Shown here one piece after another: positions 10,619 to 24,372 of a DNA stretch of 64,000 nucleotides (its first letter is position 1; every line of letters begins with the position of its first letter). A program made the translations under genes and the position numbers. The stretch is from assembly GCF_006345805.1 (NCBI RefSeq), contig NC_043001.1, positions 37,448,001 through 37,512,000 on the forward strand, in the 5' to 3' direction. The notes under the pieces are model-generated. The model was not told the origin of the DNA. It was given only the letters and a program-made list of their open reading frames with translations, and did no database searches. This DNA is from Octopus sinensis (lineage: Eukaryota).

Positions 10619-12580
10619 ATATATATATATAGAGAGAGAGAGAGATAAATAGATAGGTTTAAGAGACAGAATCACCCTCAAGCAACTCAATCATCATTGA
10701 ACGACATTATCCACGATAGGTACATATAGGACTAAATATTAAATTATCAAAATTAATACCTTCAATTCTTATTCTAAATCATATTTTACATTATATAGAC
10801 TACGCATGTTTCATGACAACATATTCTTCGATATTGCTGAAATAGAAGGTATCGAAATACAATACCATATTAAAACGATTATATTGCCAATCTTCAGGTC
10901 TAGATTATATGAACTTATTTTGCTATTTACATCCTATATAAAGACATGACAAACTAAAATTATATAACTAGAAGTTGTCAGGATAATTTTACTTTAGTAA
11001 ATAATAAACAGAAATGTGGAATAAAAGTAGGAAAAAGAAATGTTAATAAAAAGAAATGTAAAGTTTTCTGTATGGTAATTTTCTCTCCACGAATTAAACA
11101 TGGCTACCAAATGAAGCAATTGTATAATCCAACATCTAATAATGTAACATCTAATAACTTACTATACCACATTCATGATAACTTACAATACCACATTCAT
11201 TAACTCAATAATAGGAAGTTAAACCAGTAGATCACTAACACAGTTGGGTGTTAAGACAGAAATAATCCTTCAATAAGAATTACAATAGTGAGAAAGAAAG
11301 TAATCAAGCCCATTCAAATAATCCTCGTAAAAATAATAATATAGACATTAACAAAAATAAAATAAGTGTTTGTGGGAATGCTGAAAATCTCAATAATGGT
11401 AGTACTAGGAACAGCGACAAAGATAGCAATAAAAGAAATATCAACTACACTAATTATAACCACAGACACAATAAAGGAAAAACTAGTCTATGTTGTGAGC
11501 AAAAGTAAATAAGAATAGATACAACAGTAAAGTGAAATTCTGCTGAGTTATGGAAAAAAAAAAAACATCCTGACAACATTTGCTACCACATAAATCTGTC
11601 ACAGTTTATACTGTTTGTTCTCTCTTTCTGTTTATTCCCTCCTACTCTCTCTGTTTCTTCACCTTTTCTATTTCATTCTCATTTCTCTTGCTTCTTTCTC
11701 CACTTGTTGCTTTCTTTTCAATCCTTGCTTCTTTTCTTCCTTTTTTGTTTTCCTTTTCCCTTCTCTTCTTCTGGGTTATTTCTTCTCTCTCTCTCTGTTT
11801 TCCTCTTTCCCTATTTATTCTATTATCCCCGCCTTTCATTTTTTATCCCCATCCCCACTCCACTACCACCTTTTCTCTTTTGGTCCTTTCGTCCCCCTCC
11901 CCCGGCTCTCCACTCCCCCCACTTCCTGTAAAATCCTGCCTCTCCTTGAGTCTCTTCTCTATTACAGTCATATTAATCCCCATCCTACTAATCTCCATCA
12001 TAATTAATTGCCATATGCATTTATTATTTATTTATCATCATCATCATCATCATTATCGTTTAATGTCTGCTTTCCATGCTGGCATGAGTGTTAGAATTTT
12101 TATTAGCCTTGCTCTTATTAAATGTTAATGGTATTGTGAAAAGTTGTTTTGAAAAGCAGCTCTATAAAACTTAGAGTAGACAACTGTTGAAAACACTTAG
12201 TCCTGTTGTTACACGTGTAAGGAAGTAAACTGGCTGAGATATTAGAAAGATTGCCCTACAATATTTGTTCTGGTCCTCTACACTCTGAGCTCAAGTATTG
12301 CCAAGGTGAACTTTGCCTTTAATCCTTTTTAGGTCAATAAAGTACCAGTCCTATGTTGGGGCTGCTTCTTTGCTTTTTTACTACTTTCTTTTCTGTCTGT
12401 CTGGAGGTAATCGGTTTTGATCAGACCAGTGGAGGGATGGCTTCTACCTAGAGCTGGATTTATGTATGGGCGAATATGGGCCATGTCTCAGGGTCTTCAA
12501 GCTTTAAGAGTGCCAAGCATTAGAGTTTCCCTCAACTCAGAGAAGACTAAAGCTTGGAGTTAAAAATCAAAACATATATG

Positions 12581-14450
12581 GGTGCAGGCATGGCTGTGTG
12601 GTAAAAAGCTTGCTTCCCTACCACATGGTTCTGGGTTCAGTCCCACTGTATGACACCTTGGGCAAGTGTCATCTATATAACCTTGGGTCAACCAAAGCCT
12701 TGTGAGTGGATTTGGTAGACAGAAACTGAAAGAAGCCCATCGTATATATCTTAGATAATTATATTTGTCTGTCTGTCTGTTCCCTCTTCACGGCCAAACA
12801 GCTGGACCAATGGTCATTATGTTTTTTGGGATTACAGAGGTAATCAGGAAGGTTTTTAGTGAAAGAGTATGTTTTTTTAGTGGATATTGAGTTTTATTTT
12901 AATAAATCACCTTTGATATTTCTTGTTAAAATTCCGTCTACGAAGATTAACTCTGGGTCTCCCCCCCCCCCACATAATTCGTGAATTTAGAGGGTTTAGA
13001 TTTGTGATACTATACCTTTATTTCCCGTCGTAGATGGGCAGATTGGCTCTCTTACTATAATAGGTGTTATGTTCATCTGTCTGTTCATCTCTTTATCTGT
13101 TTCCTATTCATGGCCAGATGGCTGGACCAATGGTTACAATATTTTTCAGGATTACAAAGTTGATCGTCAGGAGAGTTTTTAGCATTCAAAAATCAGAAAG
13201 TATGATTATTTTATGGATATCAATTTTTGAATTGATAAACTACCTTCGCATTTTTATTAAAAATTCACCAACCATGAGTAACTCTGGATTTTCGTTGTAT
13301 AGTTCGTGGCCCCATTGTAGATACGAAGGGGGTTGTGAGGACGGTTAATATCAAAAATAAAATGGAAAAAGTGTGTGTGATTATTTAGTAGTTATTGAAG
13401 TGTGTCAGTCTCAAGCAGGATTTGAAACAGCTAATCAAAGCGGCTGTTGTTTACATCTCAGTTTTTCAATCAAAATAACCCATGGTACCAGAACATCCAG
13501 ACATTATTCGCATAGAACAATGAGAAGTAAGGCTTAGTTTTATTTTTTGAAACCCTAAAGATTCCACTTGCGCATTCTCAGCAAACAAGGCTCAGGGCCA
13601 GACTTTAGATCATGTAGGTGTATTTTTACTCACTCCGATGTTTACACACAGCCAGTTATACGTTGCTGAGTAGAGCAACGGACTCCAGTAATTTGAAAAT
13701 TTGTGTTGACCAAAAAGAAAATATCGTCTACAAAGAATTTTTGTCATCATATTGATATTATCGAAAGGAATATGATTCATAATTTAAATAAGGAAATTTG
13801 TGAACTTTGAATGTATAAGAGTATAAACAAGTGTAAAATAGTGTAAACAAAATAAAATAAAATAAAAGTATATCTAAATAATAATTTTTTCTTAATACTT
13901 TTTATGTAGTGGTCAAAGGAAGTTCCGGCTTTCGTTAAGAGTGGTCCACATAACCATTCATGATACAGAGGCTGGGAGCCTATTTCAGTTCGGGAGTGAG
14001 TCATCATCACATGTTACTTAGTTACAAATACATGTCGTATAGCTGAAATAGAATGCTGTATCACCAACAATATTGTGATTTCTATAAGACATTGTCCAGT
14101 TGCCTATCAAGTCCATTTACACATTTTCAATACGTACTACTGTTATAACTACCCTCACACATTTTATACCTGCATTGTTATGAGTAGATTTGCTAGTATA
14201 TGTATATATCTCTATTCGTGTGTGTTTTTGTGTCTGTATTTGTCCCCCACCACCATTTGACAACCAGTGTTGGTGTGTTTGTGTCCCCATAACTTAGTAG
14301 TTTGGCAAAAGAGACCGATAGGATAAGTTTCACTTCTTAAAAAAATAACATAAGTACTGGGACCAATTGATTTGATTAAAAATTCAAGGAGATGCCCCAG
14401 CATGGCCATAGTCTAGTGACTGAAACAAGTAAAAGATAAAAGATAAGAGA
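12581..14450 (+). mobile_element. Family A SINE split by a Helitron (head 12581-12748, body and tail 14197-14450)
   Basis: Head ends ...GAAGCCCATCGTATATA. Body resumes TATATGTATAT...GTGTCTGTATTTGTCCCCC... and ends GACTGAAACAAGTAAAAGA. Confidence 0.85.
12749..14196 (+). mobile_element. Non-autonomous Helitron
   Basis: A|TCTTAGATAATTATATTTGTCTGTCTG start and GCTAG|T end, with no TSD. Internal diverged tandem repeat of about 320 bp (12775 and 13098). The 3' hairpin is degenerate. Confidence 0.7.
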
Positions 14451-14899
14451 TATTTACAGCATTCAAATAAATAATTTTAAATTGTTTTTTATTAATTGTT
14501 TAGATTTTTTTAACCCAATAGGGTTCTTTTAAATTTGCTAAACCCTCTTTTGATTTACTGGGCCCTTTTAGATTTAAAAAGTCATTAATTTTAACTGAGT
14601 TCCTCTGAATCTACTGAGGCCCTTTTAAGTTTTGGAGCCTCTTCAAAACTGTTTGGGCCCCTAGATTTAATGGAACCCTCTTTATAGTCTTATTATGTTT
14701 TGAATAAGTAAAATCATAGGATGCTCCTAAAAACGTTTGGCTCAGGAACCCCACTAGGTGCAAATCAACCTTGCCTCCACCAGATCTGAAAGTACCTGTG
14801 TCATAACAACATCCCTATGACACTGTTTTATTCTCTATTCCCTATTCTCCTCATTTACATCCATTGTGTGATGTTAAGACAAGGGTGCACACACACACA

Positions 14900-14955
<56 letters not shown>

Positions 14956-15048
14956 CATCATCATCATCATTTAACATCTGCCTTCCATGCCAACAGTTTA
15001 ACAGGAGCTGGTCAAGCACAAGCCTGCACCACACTTCTTTGTGTGTAA

Positions 15049-16062
15049 GTATCATCATCATCATCATCATCATTTAGCATCCGTTTTCCATGCTAGCATG
15101 GGTTGGACGGTTCTACTGGGGTCTGTGAAGCCAGAAGGCTTCATCAGGCCCAGTCAAATCTGGCAGTGTTTCTACGGCTCGATGCCCTTCCTAATGCCAA
15201 CCACTCCGTGAGTGTAGTGGGTGCTTTTTACGTGCCACCCGCACTGGTGCCAGACAGAGCTGGCAAACGGCCACGAACGGATGGTGCTTTTTATGTGCCA
15301 CCGGCACGAGGGCCAGGCGAGGCTGGCAACGGACACGAAACGGGGCGGTGCTGGCAACGGTTGCGAAACGGAAAGTTCTCTTACATGCCACCGGCACTGA
15401 TAACACATCTGCAATTTCCATTGATCGATTTCCATTGATCGATTTCGATTCTGATCCTCACTTGCCTCAATGGGTCTTCACAAGCAGAGTTTCGACATGC
15501 CACCGGCACTGGTAGCACATCCGCAATTTCCATTGATCGATTTCGATTCTGATCCTCACTTGCCTCAACACGTCTTCACAAGTAGAGTTTTGTGTCCCAA
15601 GAAGGGAAGGTATGCATACGTAGGCTGGCTCCATCCCATGTAGAAGGCCACGGGTTGTGGACTCACTTGTCCTGCCGGGTCTTCTCGCGCACAGCACACT
15701 TCCAGAGGTCTCGGTCTCTAGTCATTTCCTCAGTGAGACCTAAAGTTCGAAGGTCGTGCTTCACCACCTCGTCCCAGGTTTTCCTGGGTCTGCCTTTCCA
15801 CAGGTTCCCTCAACCGCTAGGGTGTGGCACTTTTTCACACAACTATCTTCATCCATTCTCGCCACATGACCATACCAGCGCAAACGTCTATCTTGCACAC
15901 CACAACTGATGCTTCTTAGGTCCAGCTTTTCTCTCAAGGTACTTACACTCTGCCGAGTGTGAGTACCGGCATTACACATCCATCGGAGCATACTGGCTTC
16001 ATTTCTAGCGAGCTTACGCATATCCTCAGCAGTCACGGCCCATGTTTCACTGCCATGTAGCA
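15049..16062 (-). mobile_element. 5'-truncated RTE-clade LINE (ORF C-terminus, 3' UTR, (GAT)n tail)
   Basis: ORF 15761-16063 encodes MLHGSETWAV...EASMLRWMC...LREKL...RRLRWYGHVARM, the RTE C-terminal motif. The 3' UTR has GTGCCACCGGCAC subrepeats and an (ATC)n tract. Confidence 0.9.
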
Positions 16063-16109
16063 TGGCTGTTCGTACACACGCATCATACAGTCTGCCTTAC
16101 AGTGTGTAA

Positions 16110-16153
<44 letters not shown>

Positions 16154-17053
16154 CACCATCCTCATCACCATCTTTTAACGTCTGTTTGTCATTCATGCTG
16201 GCGATATACATACATTTGTGTGTGTGTATGTGTGTTCGTGTAGGTGCATGTGTTTTATAAGAATTGGATTGTAATATATTGCTTTCTCCACAAACATAAC
16301 CTGAATGTAAATTGATAAGTCATTTCCCAAGTGTACGAGTGTAGTTTACATACAACAGAGACTACAGCATTTAATATATCTAATAGAAATAAAACCACAC
16401 TATTGAATTTAAAACCTGAATACCCTTTTCAGCAGACTTAGATATAAAAAAAAAAACTTACATTGTTAGTACTTTTTGAAATATACTGTGCTATTTACAC
16501 TATCTTAAAAACTTCAGCATATTTTTTCTACGACTACATACTTTATTTAGATGTCATGTGTGCTTTAAAACTTGTTTTGTTTTGACTATCATATATTCCA
16601 TATTAAGTAATTGTGTCATCTGCTTAGCACATTCAGTGTAAAATATTTTGTTTTTTGTTAAAATATGTATGCAGGCTTGCATGGCTTTTGTATGACTTGT
16701 GTTGAATGTGTGTACTTGTTGTTGTTGTTGCTTTCCAGCTGTGACTATTCGTGTAATAGTTGTTGTCATTGTTGCTGATGCCACCGTTAGCTTCCGATTT
16801 TCTATGTTGCATTGGTCAGATAGAATTCATTTTTCTATGGCCAGACGCCCGGCCTGTCACTAATCCTTAACTGTTTCCAAGCAAGCTAATATTTCTCCAT
16901 GACCAGACATGTTTTTCATAGAAGACTGGACACAAACAACATGAGTTGTATGATGATGATGATGATGATGATGATTCTTATTGTCACATGATGTCGAGAA
17001 AAGAGTACACATAAACACACACAAACTAACACACACACACACACACACACACA

Positions 17054-19140
17054 CCATCATCATCATCATCATCATTTAATGTTCATTGTCCATGCTGGCA
17101 CATGTTGGATAGTTTGACCAGGGCTGATTAGCTGGTAGGCTGCATGAAACTCCAGTCTGATTTGGCATAATTTTCTATAGCTGGATGCCCTTCCTAACTC
17201 CAACCACTCTGAGAGTGTAATGGGTGCTTTTACATGTCACTGGTACAGGTGCCATTTGCGTGACACCAGTATCTGCCATGACTGCGATTTTGCTTGACTT
17301 GATGGGTCTTCTTCTCAAGCACGACATAATGCCAAAGGTCTCAGACATTGCCCTCTGTGAGGCCTAACACTCGATAAGATCTCAGCCATTTTGCCTCTGT
17401 GAGGCCCAACACTCGAAAGGAACTCAGCCACTTTAATACCATGAGGCCTAGTGCTCAAAACAAATTCAGTTACTTTGCCTCTATGAGGCTCTATGCTTAA
17501 AAGGAACTCAGCCACTTTGTCTCATTGAGGCCCAATGCTTGAACGGTGCTCTTTATGTGCCACTGGCATGGGTACTAGTTACATGACACCAACATCAGCC
17601 ATGGCTTGACAGGTTCTCTCAAGCACAGCATATCACCAAAAGTCTCACTCACTAGTCATTGCCTCTGTGATGCTCAAAATTTGAAAATCATGCTTCACCA
17701 CTTTGTCCCATATCTTGCTAGGTCTACCTCTATCACAGGTTCCCTCCACAGTTAGAAATTAGCTCTTTTTTATGTCCTCATCCAAATGCATCAATGACCA
17801 TACCAGCACAGTTGTCTCTCTTGCATGCCACATCTTATGCCTAACTTTTCTCTCAAGATGCTTACACTCTGTTGAACATGCACACTGATATTGCACATCC
17901 AGCGAAGTATACTGGCTTCATTTTTCACAGCATGTCTTAAATTCCTCTGTTATTGTCTGGAGGACTATGATGAATAGGGGGATGAGCACTTATCCTTGGT
18001 GAACCCCTACTTGTACCCTGAATTCATTGCTGTACTCATTGTCAACTTTCACCTTACTGGTAGCATCCCTGTACATAGCTTGTACAGCTCTCACCAACCA
18101 CTCGTCTATTCCTAGTTTCTGCATTGATCACCAGATAAGGGAGCAGATGACCCTGTCAAAGGCTTTCTCCAAGTCAGCAAAAGGCCAAATACAGAGATTT
18201 ATCTTTGGCTATGTATTTCTCCTACAGCTATCTTACTAGAAATATAGCATCAGTGGAGCTTCTCCCTGGCACAAAACCAAACTGCTAACTCTCTGTCTAA
18301 TTAGTTGGGCTATGACTTTCTCTGTAACTTTCATCACCTAATCCAACAATTTGATACCTCTGTAATTATTTCTATCTGAGGTATCACTTTTACCTTTGTA
18401 GCATTTGACTATGGTGCTACTACACCAGTCATTGAGTATGACTTTTTGATTTACTATATGGGTGACTAGACCATAACCCACACTGCTAGATATTTTAAGC
18501 ATCTCAGTGGTGATTCCTGATGACCCGGGGGCTTTTCCTGTCTTCATATCCTTAATTCCATTATCTACCAAGAAACTGTCAATTCAGATAGCTGGTCCCT
18601 TAATTGGATCTAGACTGGTCTACTTCTTGGCATCCTCCTGGCCTGAAGTCTAAAATCACTAATGACTAGTCTATGCTGGGGGATACATCCTTAACCAGGG
18701 AGGGTCTTTGTAATTAAGAGCAACCATGCATCCCACTACCTGGTGAGAATGTAATCAATCTCTCTAGCATAGCCACCTGATCGGTAGGTTATCAGGTGTC
18801 TGGTCAGCTTCCTAAAGTTAGTGCTGCAGGTCAATAGGTTATCTGCATTACAGAACTCCAATAGCCTTGTTCCATCTTTCTTTTGGGAACCAATTTCATG
18901 GCCCCTATGTACACCATCAAAAATACTGGGCTGCCATCTGACATGCCCATTAAAGTCCTCAGCCACAAAGATGAGATCCTTGTCATTCATCTCAGAGATA
19001 GCCTGCAGAAGAATATCATAAAAATAGCCTTTCTGTTCATTTGGTAGGCCCACTTGTAGAGCCTAGGCAGAGATAATTGGGGCTATGCTAGTCTGCAAGA
19101 CTAACCTGAGATTAAGCACTCTATTGCTCACTCTGACTAC
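17054..19140 (-). mobile_element. Degenerate RTE-clade LINE (EN and RT remnants plus 3' UTR)
   Basis: DFNGHV...GTRLLEFC...NLL...TYRSGG...IDYIL (APE endonuclease, 18736-19053) and MKTGKAPG...YKGK...NNYRGIKLL (RT N-terminus, 18338-18571). Same 3' UTR family as the element at 15049. Confidence 0.85.
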
Positions 19141-19277
19141 TTCTATGACCTTCTTAGTTGTAAACAGGTGAGAGTTGGTGACAGGTAGGGCATTGGCTGT
19201 AGAAAATCTGCCTCAATAAACTCTGTCCAGCCCAGAAAAGTAGGCCTTAAAATTATGACAATGATGATAATATACAA

Positions 19278-19675
19278 GGCGTAGGAGTGGCTGTGTGGTA
19301 AGTAGCTTGCTTATGAACCACATGGTTCCGAGTTCAGTCCCACCGCATGGCACCTTGGGCAAGTGTGTTCTACTATAGCCTCGGGCAGACCAAAGCCTTG
19401 TGAGTGGATTTAGTAGACAGAAACTGAAAGAAGCCCGTCGTATATATGTATATATATACGTTTGTGTGTCTGTGTTTGTCCCCCCAACATCGCTTGACAA
19501 CCGATGCTGGTGTGTTTACGTCCCCGTAACTTTGCGGTTCGGCAAAAGAGACCGATAGAATAAGTACTAGGCTTACAAAGAATAAGTCCTGGGGTCGATT
19601 TGCTCGACTAAAGGCGGTACTCCAGCATGGCTGCAGTCAAATGACTGAAACAAGTAAAAGAGTAAAAAGAGTAAG
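19278..19675 (+). mobile_element. Family A SINE
   Basis: Full head, body and tail, as at 4002-4426. Confidence 0.9.
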
Positions 19676-20219
19676 ACAAGACATAAATAATGGTCATTAG
19701 ATATTTTTCTTTATTGTAGTAAGTTTGACTAAGAGCTGTTTCCAGTAATCATTATAGGTTCGTTATTGATAGGTTTATTCAATTAGTCCATTGATCAGTT
19801 GAGAAAAATTGGATGACATAAAAAATTAATTCTACTTTTTTATGCATGTCAATCATCATCATCATCATCATCATCGTTTAGCATCCGTTTTCCATGCTAG
19901 CATGGGTTGGACGGTTCAACTGGGGTCTGTGAAGCCAGAAGGCTTCATCAGGCCCAGTCATTAACCACACAGCCACACCAGCACCTAGAGCCATAGCTGT
20001 ACCTAAAAGTACTGAATTTCTGTCAAGTTCAATAACAAGTATTCAGTTGTTGATCGGCTGAACTGCCTGTCTTGAAGTAGCATGTAAATGGTTGAACATT
20101 CCAGACTTGCATATCCTTAATGCATTTGTCAAGTAGAGTGATCATGAAACAATGTGACACAATTCATGTGATAGGCTTCTACCCAGTTTCCATCTATCCA
20201 GTTTCATTTACAAAGTTTG

Positions 20220-20960
20220 TGAAGGTGCATGGCTTAGTACTTAGGGTATTTGGCTGACTCATGATTGTAAGGTTGTGAGTTTGGTTTCTGGCAGTATGAC
20301 ACTTTATTTCACATTGCTCAAAATCGAAATCGATCAACATCAATGGAAATTGTAGCTGTGATACCAGTATCGGTGGCACGTAAGAGAACCATCTGAACGT
20401 GGCCGTTGCCTGCGCCGCCCCGACTGGCTTCCGTGCTGGTGGCACGTAAAAAGCACCATCCGATTGTGGCTGTTGCCAGCCTCGTCTGGCCTCCTTGCCG
20501 GTGGCACGTAAGAAGCACCATCCAATTGTGGCCGTTTGCCAGCCTCGTCTGGCACCTGTGCTGGTGGCACATAAAAAGCACCCACTACACTCATGGAGTG
20601 GTTGGCGTTAGGAAGGGCATCCAGCTGTAGAAACGCTGCCAGATCAGACTGGGCCTGGTGCAGCCTTCTGGCTTCCCAGACCTTAGTTGAACCATCCAAC
20701 CCATGCTAGCATGGAAAGCGGACGTTAAACGATGATGATGATGATGATGATGATGATTGCTCCTGTCCTCCTCAGCTGGAAAAAGTGAGCTGTAATTTTA
20801 AGGACCCTTTGTCAAATTCTGTGTCATACTGAATTTCCCAGAGAACTACATTAAGGGTATATGTGTCTGTGGAGTGCTCAGCCACTTGCATGCTAATTTC
20901 ATGAGCTGAGTACTTCATTGATCGAATCATCTGGAACACTTGTTGTGACCAATGGAGAGC
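20220..20960 (+). mobile_element. Family D SINE interrupted by an RTE 3'-end insertion (20320-20755)
   Basis: TSD ATTGCTC at 20313-20319 and 20756-20762. The insert ends in (GAT)n and the SINE D sequence resumes after it. Confidence 0.8.
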
Positions 20961-21611
20961 CAAGCCACAGAGCTTTTATTGATGTACATTGAGGTTGTGC
21001 TTTGCAATGAGATTAAACTTAGGGCCTCATGATTATGGAGCAAACTTCTTAACTGTGCAGCCATACTACATCTACATATAGACTCAGACGACTGAATGGT
21101 TAAGGAGTTTACTTCACAATCATGAAGTCCCAAGTTGAAATATCCATTTAATCATAAAAAAACAAAAAACAGAGTAAGGGTGTAAAATGATAATGATGCT
21201 GGTGATAATGAGGAAGAGGATGGTGGTGGTGGTGGTGATATATCTATGTGCCCATTTTCAAAATATGTCTTCTTTTTAAAGACTGGGTGATATTAGTGCA
21301 GGAAGTTTGGCTGCTATTTCTAGCAGATCAAGTAAGTGAATAGAAATTCAAAATATAATTTTCAAATTGGTAGTGTTAATTACAGCGTCTAGTCTTTTTG
21401 TTTGTTTTTCCAAGATCAATAAAGTACTATTAATATATTGACTCTGTGCTTTGTCAAAAGAAATTTCTGTTAAAAAAGAGATAGTTCATTATATCATTAA
21501 TTCACTAATTAATTGAGATTTACATTGCAACACATTACAGAAACTACTTTAAATTTTATAATTTCTCTTTTGGGCTTTTCTGCATTCTTTGTTTCTTTTT
21601 TTCTTTTTCAG

Positions 21612-21726
21612 TAACAAGATTGACTGTATATCACAAATTCAGTATTTGTCATTTTGTACGAATCTCAAAGGCCTAACATTACAAGGAAATCCAGTTTGCA
21701 TGAGAGCATCACCTGAATCAGAATCT
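21612..21726 (+). CDS. LRRC56: LRRC56 coding exon B
   Basis: ttttcag|T AAC AAG...GAA TCT|gtgagt. Encodes (C)NKIDCISQIQYLSFCTNLKGLTLQGNPVCMRASPESES, against human GNSVEDLGQVRYLQLCPRLAMLTLEGNLVC. Phase 2 to 0. Confidence 0.9.
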
Positions 21727-23486
21727 GTGAGTAGCTGAATACTTGAGAAAAGAAACATTTTAGGGTATGTGCAGAGCTCTTCAGAATAAACTGTGTTTAT
21801 TTGATGCCACCCTGTTGACGAGTAAAACCAGCATAATTTTTAAATGGCAGATTATTTCTGCTGTTGATTCAGTCAGTCACTTAGTGTAATCTTTGAAGAG
21901 ATATAATTAATTAGAGGTACATGAAGCTGCTTTGATTGAAATACAAGCATGTACATTTATATTTAACACATCCATGTACACTCAAACATTGGAAAAAAAC
22001 CTTTGCTGCAGAATTTATCTTGAGAGAAATTCTCCTTTTAGACAATGAATATGAAAACACACAGCAGGGTTACAAATGATCTCATCAGACTGTTGGGCAC
22101 ATGGTTTAGTGTCATTATATTTCATCTGCTATGCACACCAAATCCATCATTCACAGCCCACTAAAAACTGCTCTTCTTATATTTAAACAACAAATAATAA
22201 ATTTGCTGATGTGTGCAAAGCTTTGTCAAGCTGGAATTAACTAGACTTGCACCAAGTGTTGGTCAAATTATAGGTTTGTACGATTATATTTAACTTGATC
22301 ATATGGGCTCAAATTCAGAAAGACTTTTGCTGCAGTAGACAATTTGCATGAAAAACACACCATGAGGCTTTGCTTCTACTTCAAATTCTTATATCGAGGC
22401 CAATATCTAAAAAGCCATTTGTGAAAATGATTTCAAAAAGGAATGTAATCACATATAGATATGTATATGTTTATACATCTATGTGAGCTGTATATGTGTG
22501 TGCTTGTGTAATTGTGTTTGTATTGAGTATGTAAGTGTGAGTGTGTGTTCATGCATGTAGTTTAATACTGGAGTGATTAAGACTGGAGCTGGAGCATAAC
22601 AAATTAGCTTGTTATTCTTGCTTGATTCTATATTACTTTACTTATATTGTCAATTCTTTCTTGTGAAAGGTACAAATGTTACCATTGCTTGTGAAAGGTA
22701 CAAATAAATTGTCTATCACTTTTTATATATGTACTCGTTTGCACACACACACATGTCTATATATGTATTTGTATACATATACAAATATGTGAGCTGTAAA
22801 TGTGAAATACTTCCATGTGTGTTGGGATGAGTGAAAGAAATAAATTAACATTAGGAATGCATGTGCCTCATCATCATCTTCGTTTAGCGTCCGCTTTCCA
22901 TGCTAGCATGGGTTGGACGGTTCAACTGGGGTCTGGAAAGCCAGAAGGCTGCACCAGGCCCAGTCTGATCTGGCAATGTTTCTACGGCTGGATGCCCTTC
23001 CTAACGCCAACCACTCCGTGAGTGTAGTGGGTGCTTTTTACGTGCCTATATATATATATATATATATATTTATATACGTACACATATACAATTATATATC
23101 ATTTTATAACTTAGAAACCATAACCAATCTAAGTTGTCTCTTGTATTTATCAGAAAGTATTAAAAATTAATAAGCACAAACTTGTGATACTTTACTGAAA
23201 AGAAACAGAAGAAATGACTTAATCCACACAGTCTTTGAATGATAATTTAGGAGTGATTTTTAATGGTAATGATTACTGTGGGGCTAGAGGTAAGTATTCA
23301 GTATTCAGCAAGCTGTGACTAGGCCATTTTCCCTTATGCTACCAGAGAAAGGCATGGACATTACACAGTCCTGTTTACCCTGCTCAAAAATTTGAGACAG
23401 TTGTAACCACTCTAAACAAAACTATCATATTGAAGTAATTGCACCTCAAGAAGAGAGTTTCTTTTCATAGATGGTTTGGGTATATA

Positions 23487-23785
23487 TAGTGGAGGCGCAA
23501 TGGCCCAGTGGTTAGGGCAGCGGACTCGCAGTCGGAGGATCGTAGTTTCCATTCCCAGACCGGGCGTTGTGTGTGTTTATTGAACGAAAACACCTGAAAG
23601 CTCCACGAGGCTCTAGCAGAGGGTGGTGACGACCCCTGTTGTACTCTTTCGCCACATTTTTCTCTCACTTTCTCTTCCTGTTTCTTGAGTAATGCTACGA
23701 TGGACTGGTGTCCCGTCCAGCTGGGGGGAATACATACGCCACAGAAACCGAGCCCATGAGCCTGGCTAGGCTTGAAAAGGGCGAC
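23487..23785 (+). mobile_element. tRNA-derived SINE, family C
   Basis: TGGCCCAGTGGTTAGGGCAGCGG A box, then GATGGACTGGTGTCCCGTCCAG (resembles the V-SINE central domain, from recall). Inverted copy at 41357-41662. Confidence 0.85.
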
Positions 23786-24182
23786 GTTTATCATTGGGTA
23801 TATATTGGTTTATGGATGTGTACTTGTGTACATGCTTGTGTATGTATGTGTATGTGCGCATATGTGTGTGTGTGTGTGCATGTGTATGTATTCATTACAC
23901 TCTAAAACATACATGACATTAGTTCATCAGGAATCAGAGTTGTTTTGTAGTATCTGGTGTCATTCCTCTTTATTCTGAGTTCAAATTTATATTATTTATA
24001 TTATTTGACATCCCAGTAGCATTCACAAAAATAAGTATCAACCTGTTCAATTAATTACATCACCTCCTTAGATTTTTTTTTTGCTGTTTTTATGTGTCTC
24101 ATCAAAAGATGTCAGTACTGATTCTCAAGACATCCTCACTTTATGTTCCGAAGAATCTTGTTATTAACTTTGCCTCTTTCAG

Positions 24183-24372
24183 ACTGATTACAACTACCGT
24201 CAGTCAGTATTGAAGTGTGTGCCACAGTTGAAGTATTTTGATGACAAGCCAATAAGTGATGACACTCCAAATGAAAATGTCAATGTCTTCAGTGAGGATT
24301 GGGACTACTTGTTTCAGTTGCAGCAGGACCTCCAATTTGATGAACTGCTTTCTGAATTTGAAGACAATGCCA
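24183..24372 (+). CDS. LRRC56: LRRC56 coding exon C (LRR cap)
   Basis: tttcag|ACT GAT TAC...GCC A|gtaagt. Encodes TDYNYRQSVLKCVPQLKYFDDKP...FSEDWDYL..., against human YNYRAEVRKLIPQLQVLDEVP...SQDW. Phase 0 to 1. Confidence 0.9.

Noticed and set aside
11580-12128. 182-aa hydrophobic F/L/S-rich ORF resembling a membrane protein
   Set aside because: Translation of a CT-rich low-complexity tract plus (ATC)n and an RTE tail. No splice or homology support.
12450-14775. Possible outer hAT-like MITE (GAGCTGGATTT ... AAATCAACCTTG, internal GGGCCC repeats) enclosing the SINE/Helitron nest
   Set aside because: The termini are too degenerate and no TSD could be identified.
15190-15440. Regularly spaced GTGCCACCGGCAC units with variable spacers, superficially CRISPR-like (also 20370-20570, 32280-32500, 40070-40260)
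   Set aside because: They are subrepeats of the RTE 3' UTR in a eukaryotic genome, with irregular spacing and no cas genes.
23487-23560. tRNA-like sequence (also in the heads of SINE families A, B and D)
   Set aside because: The cloverleaf is incomplete and continues into a SINE body present in several copies. These are SINE heads, not tRNA genes.
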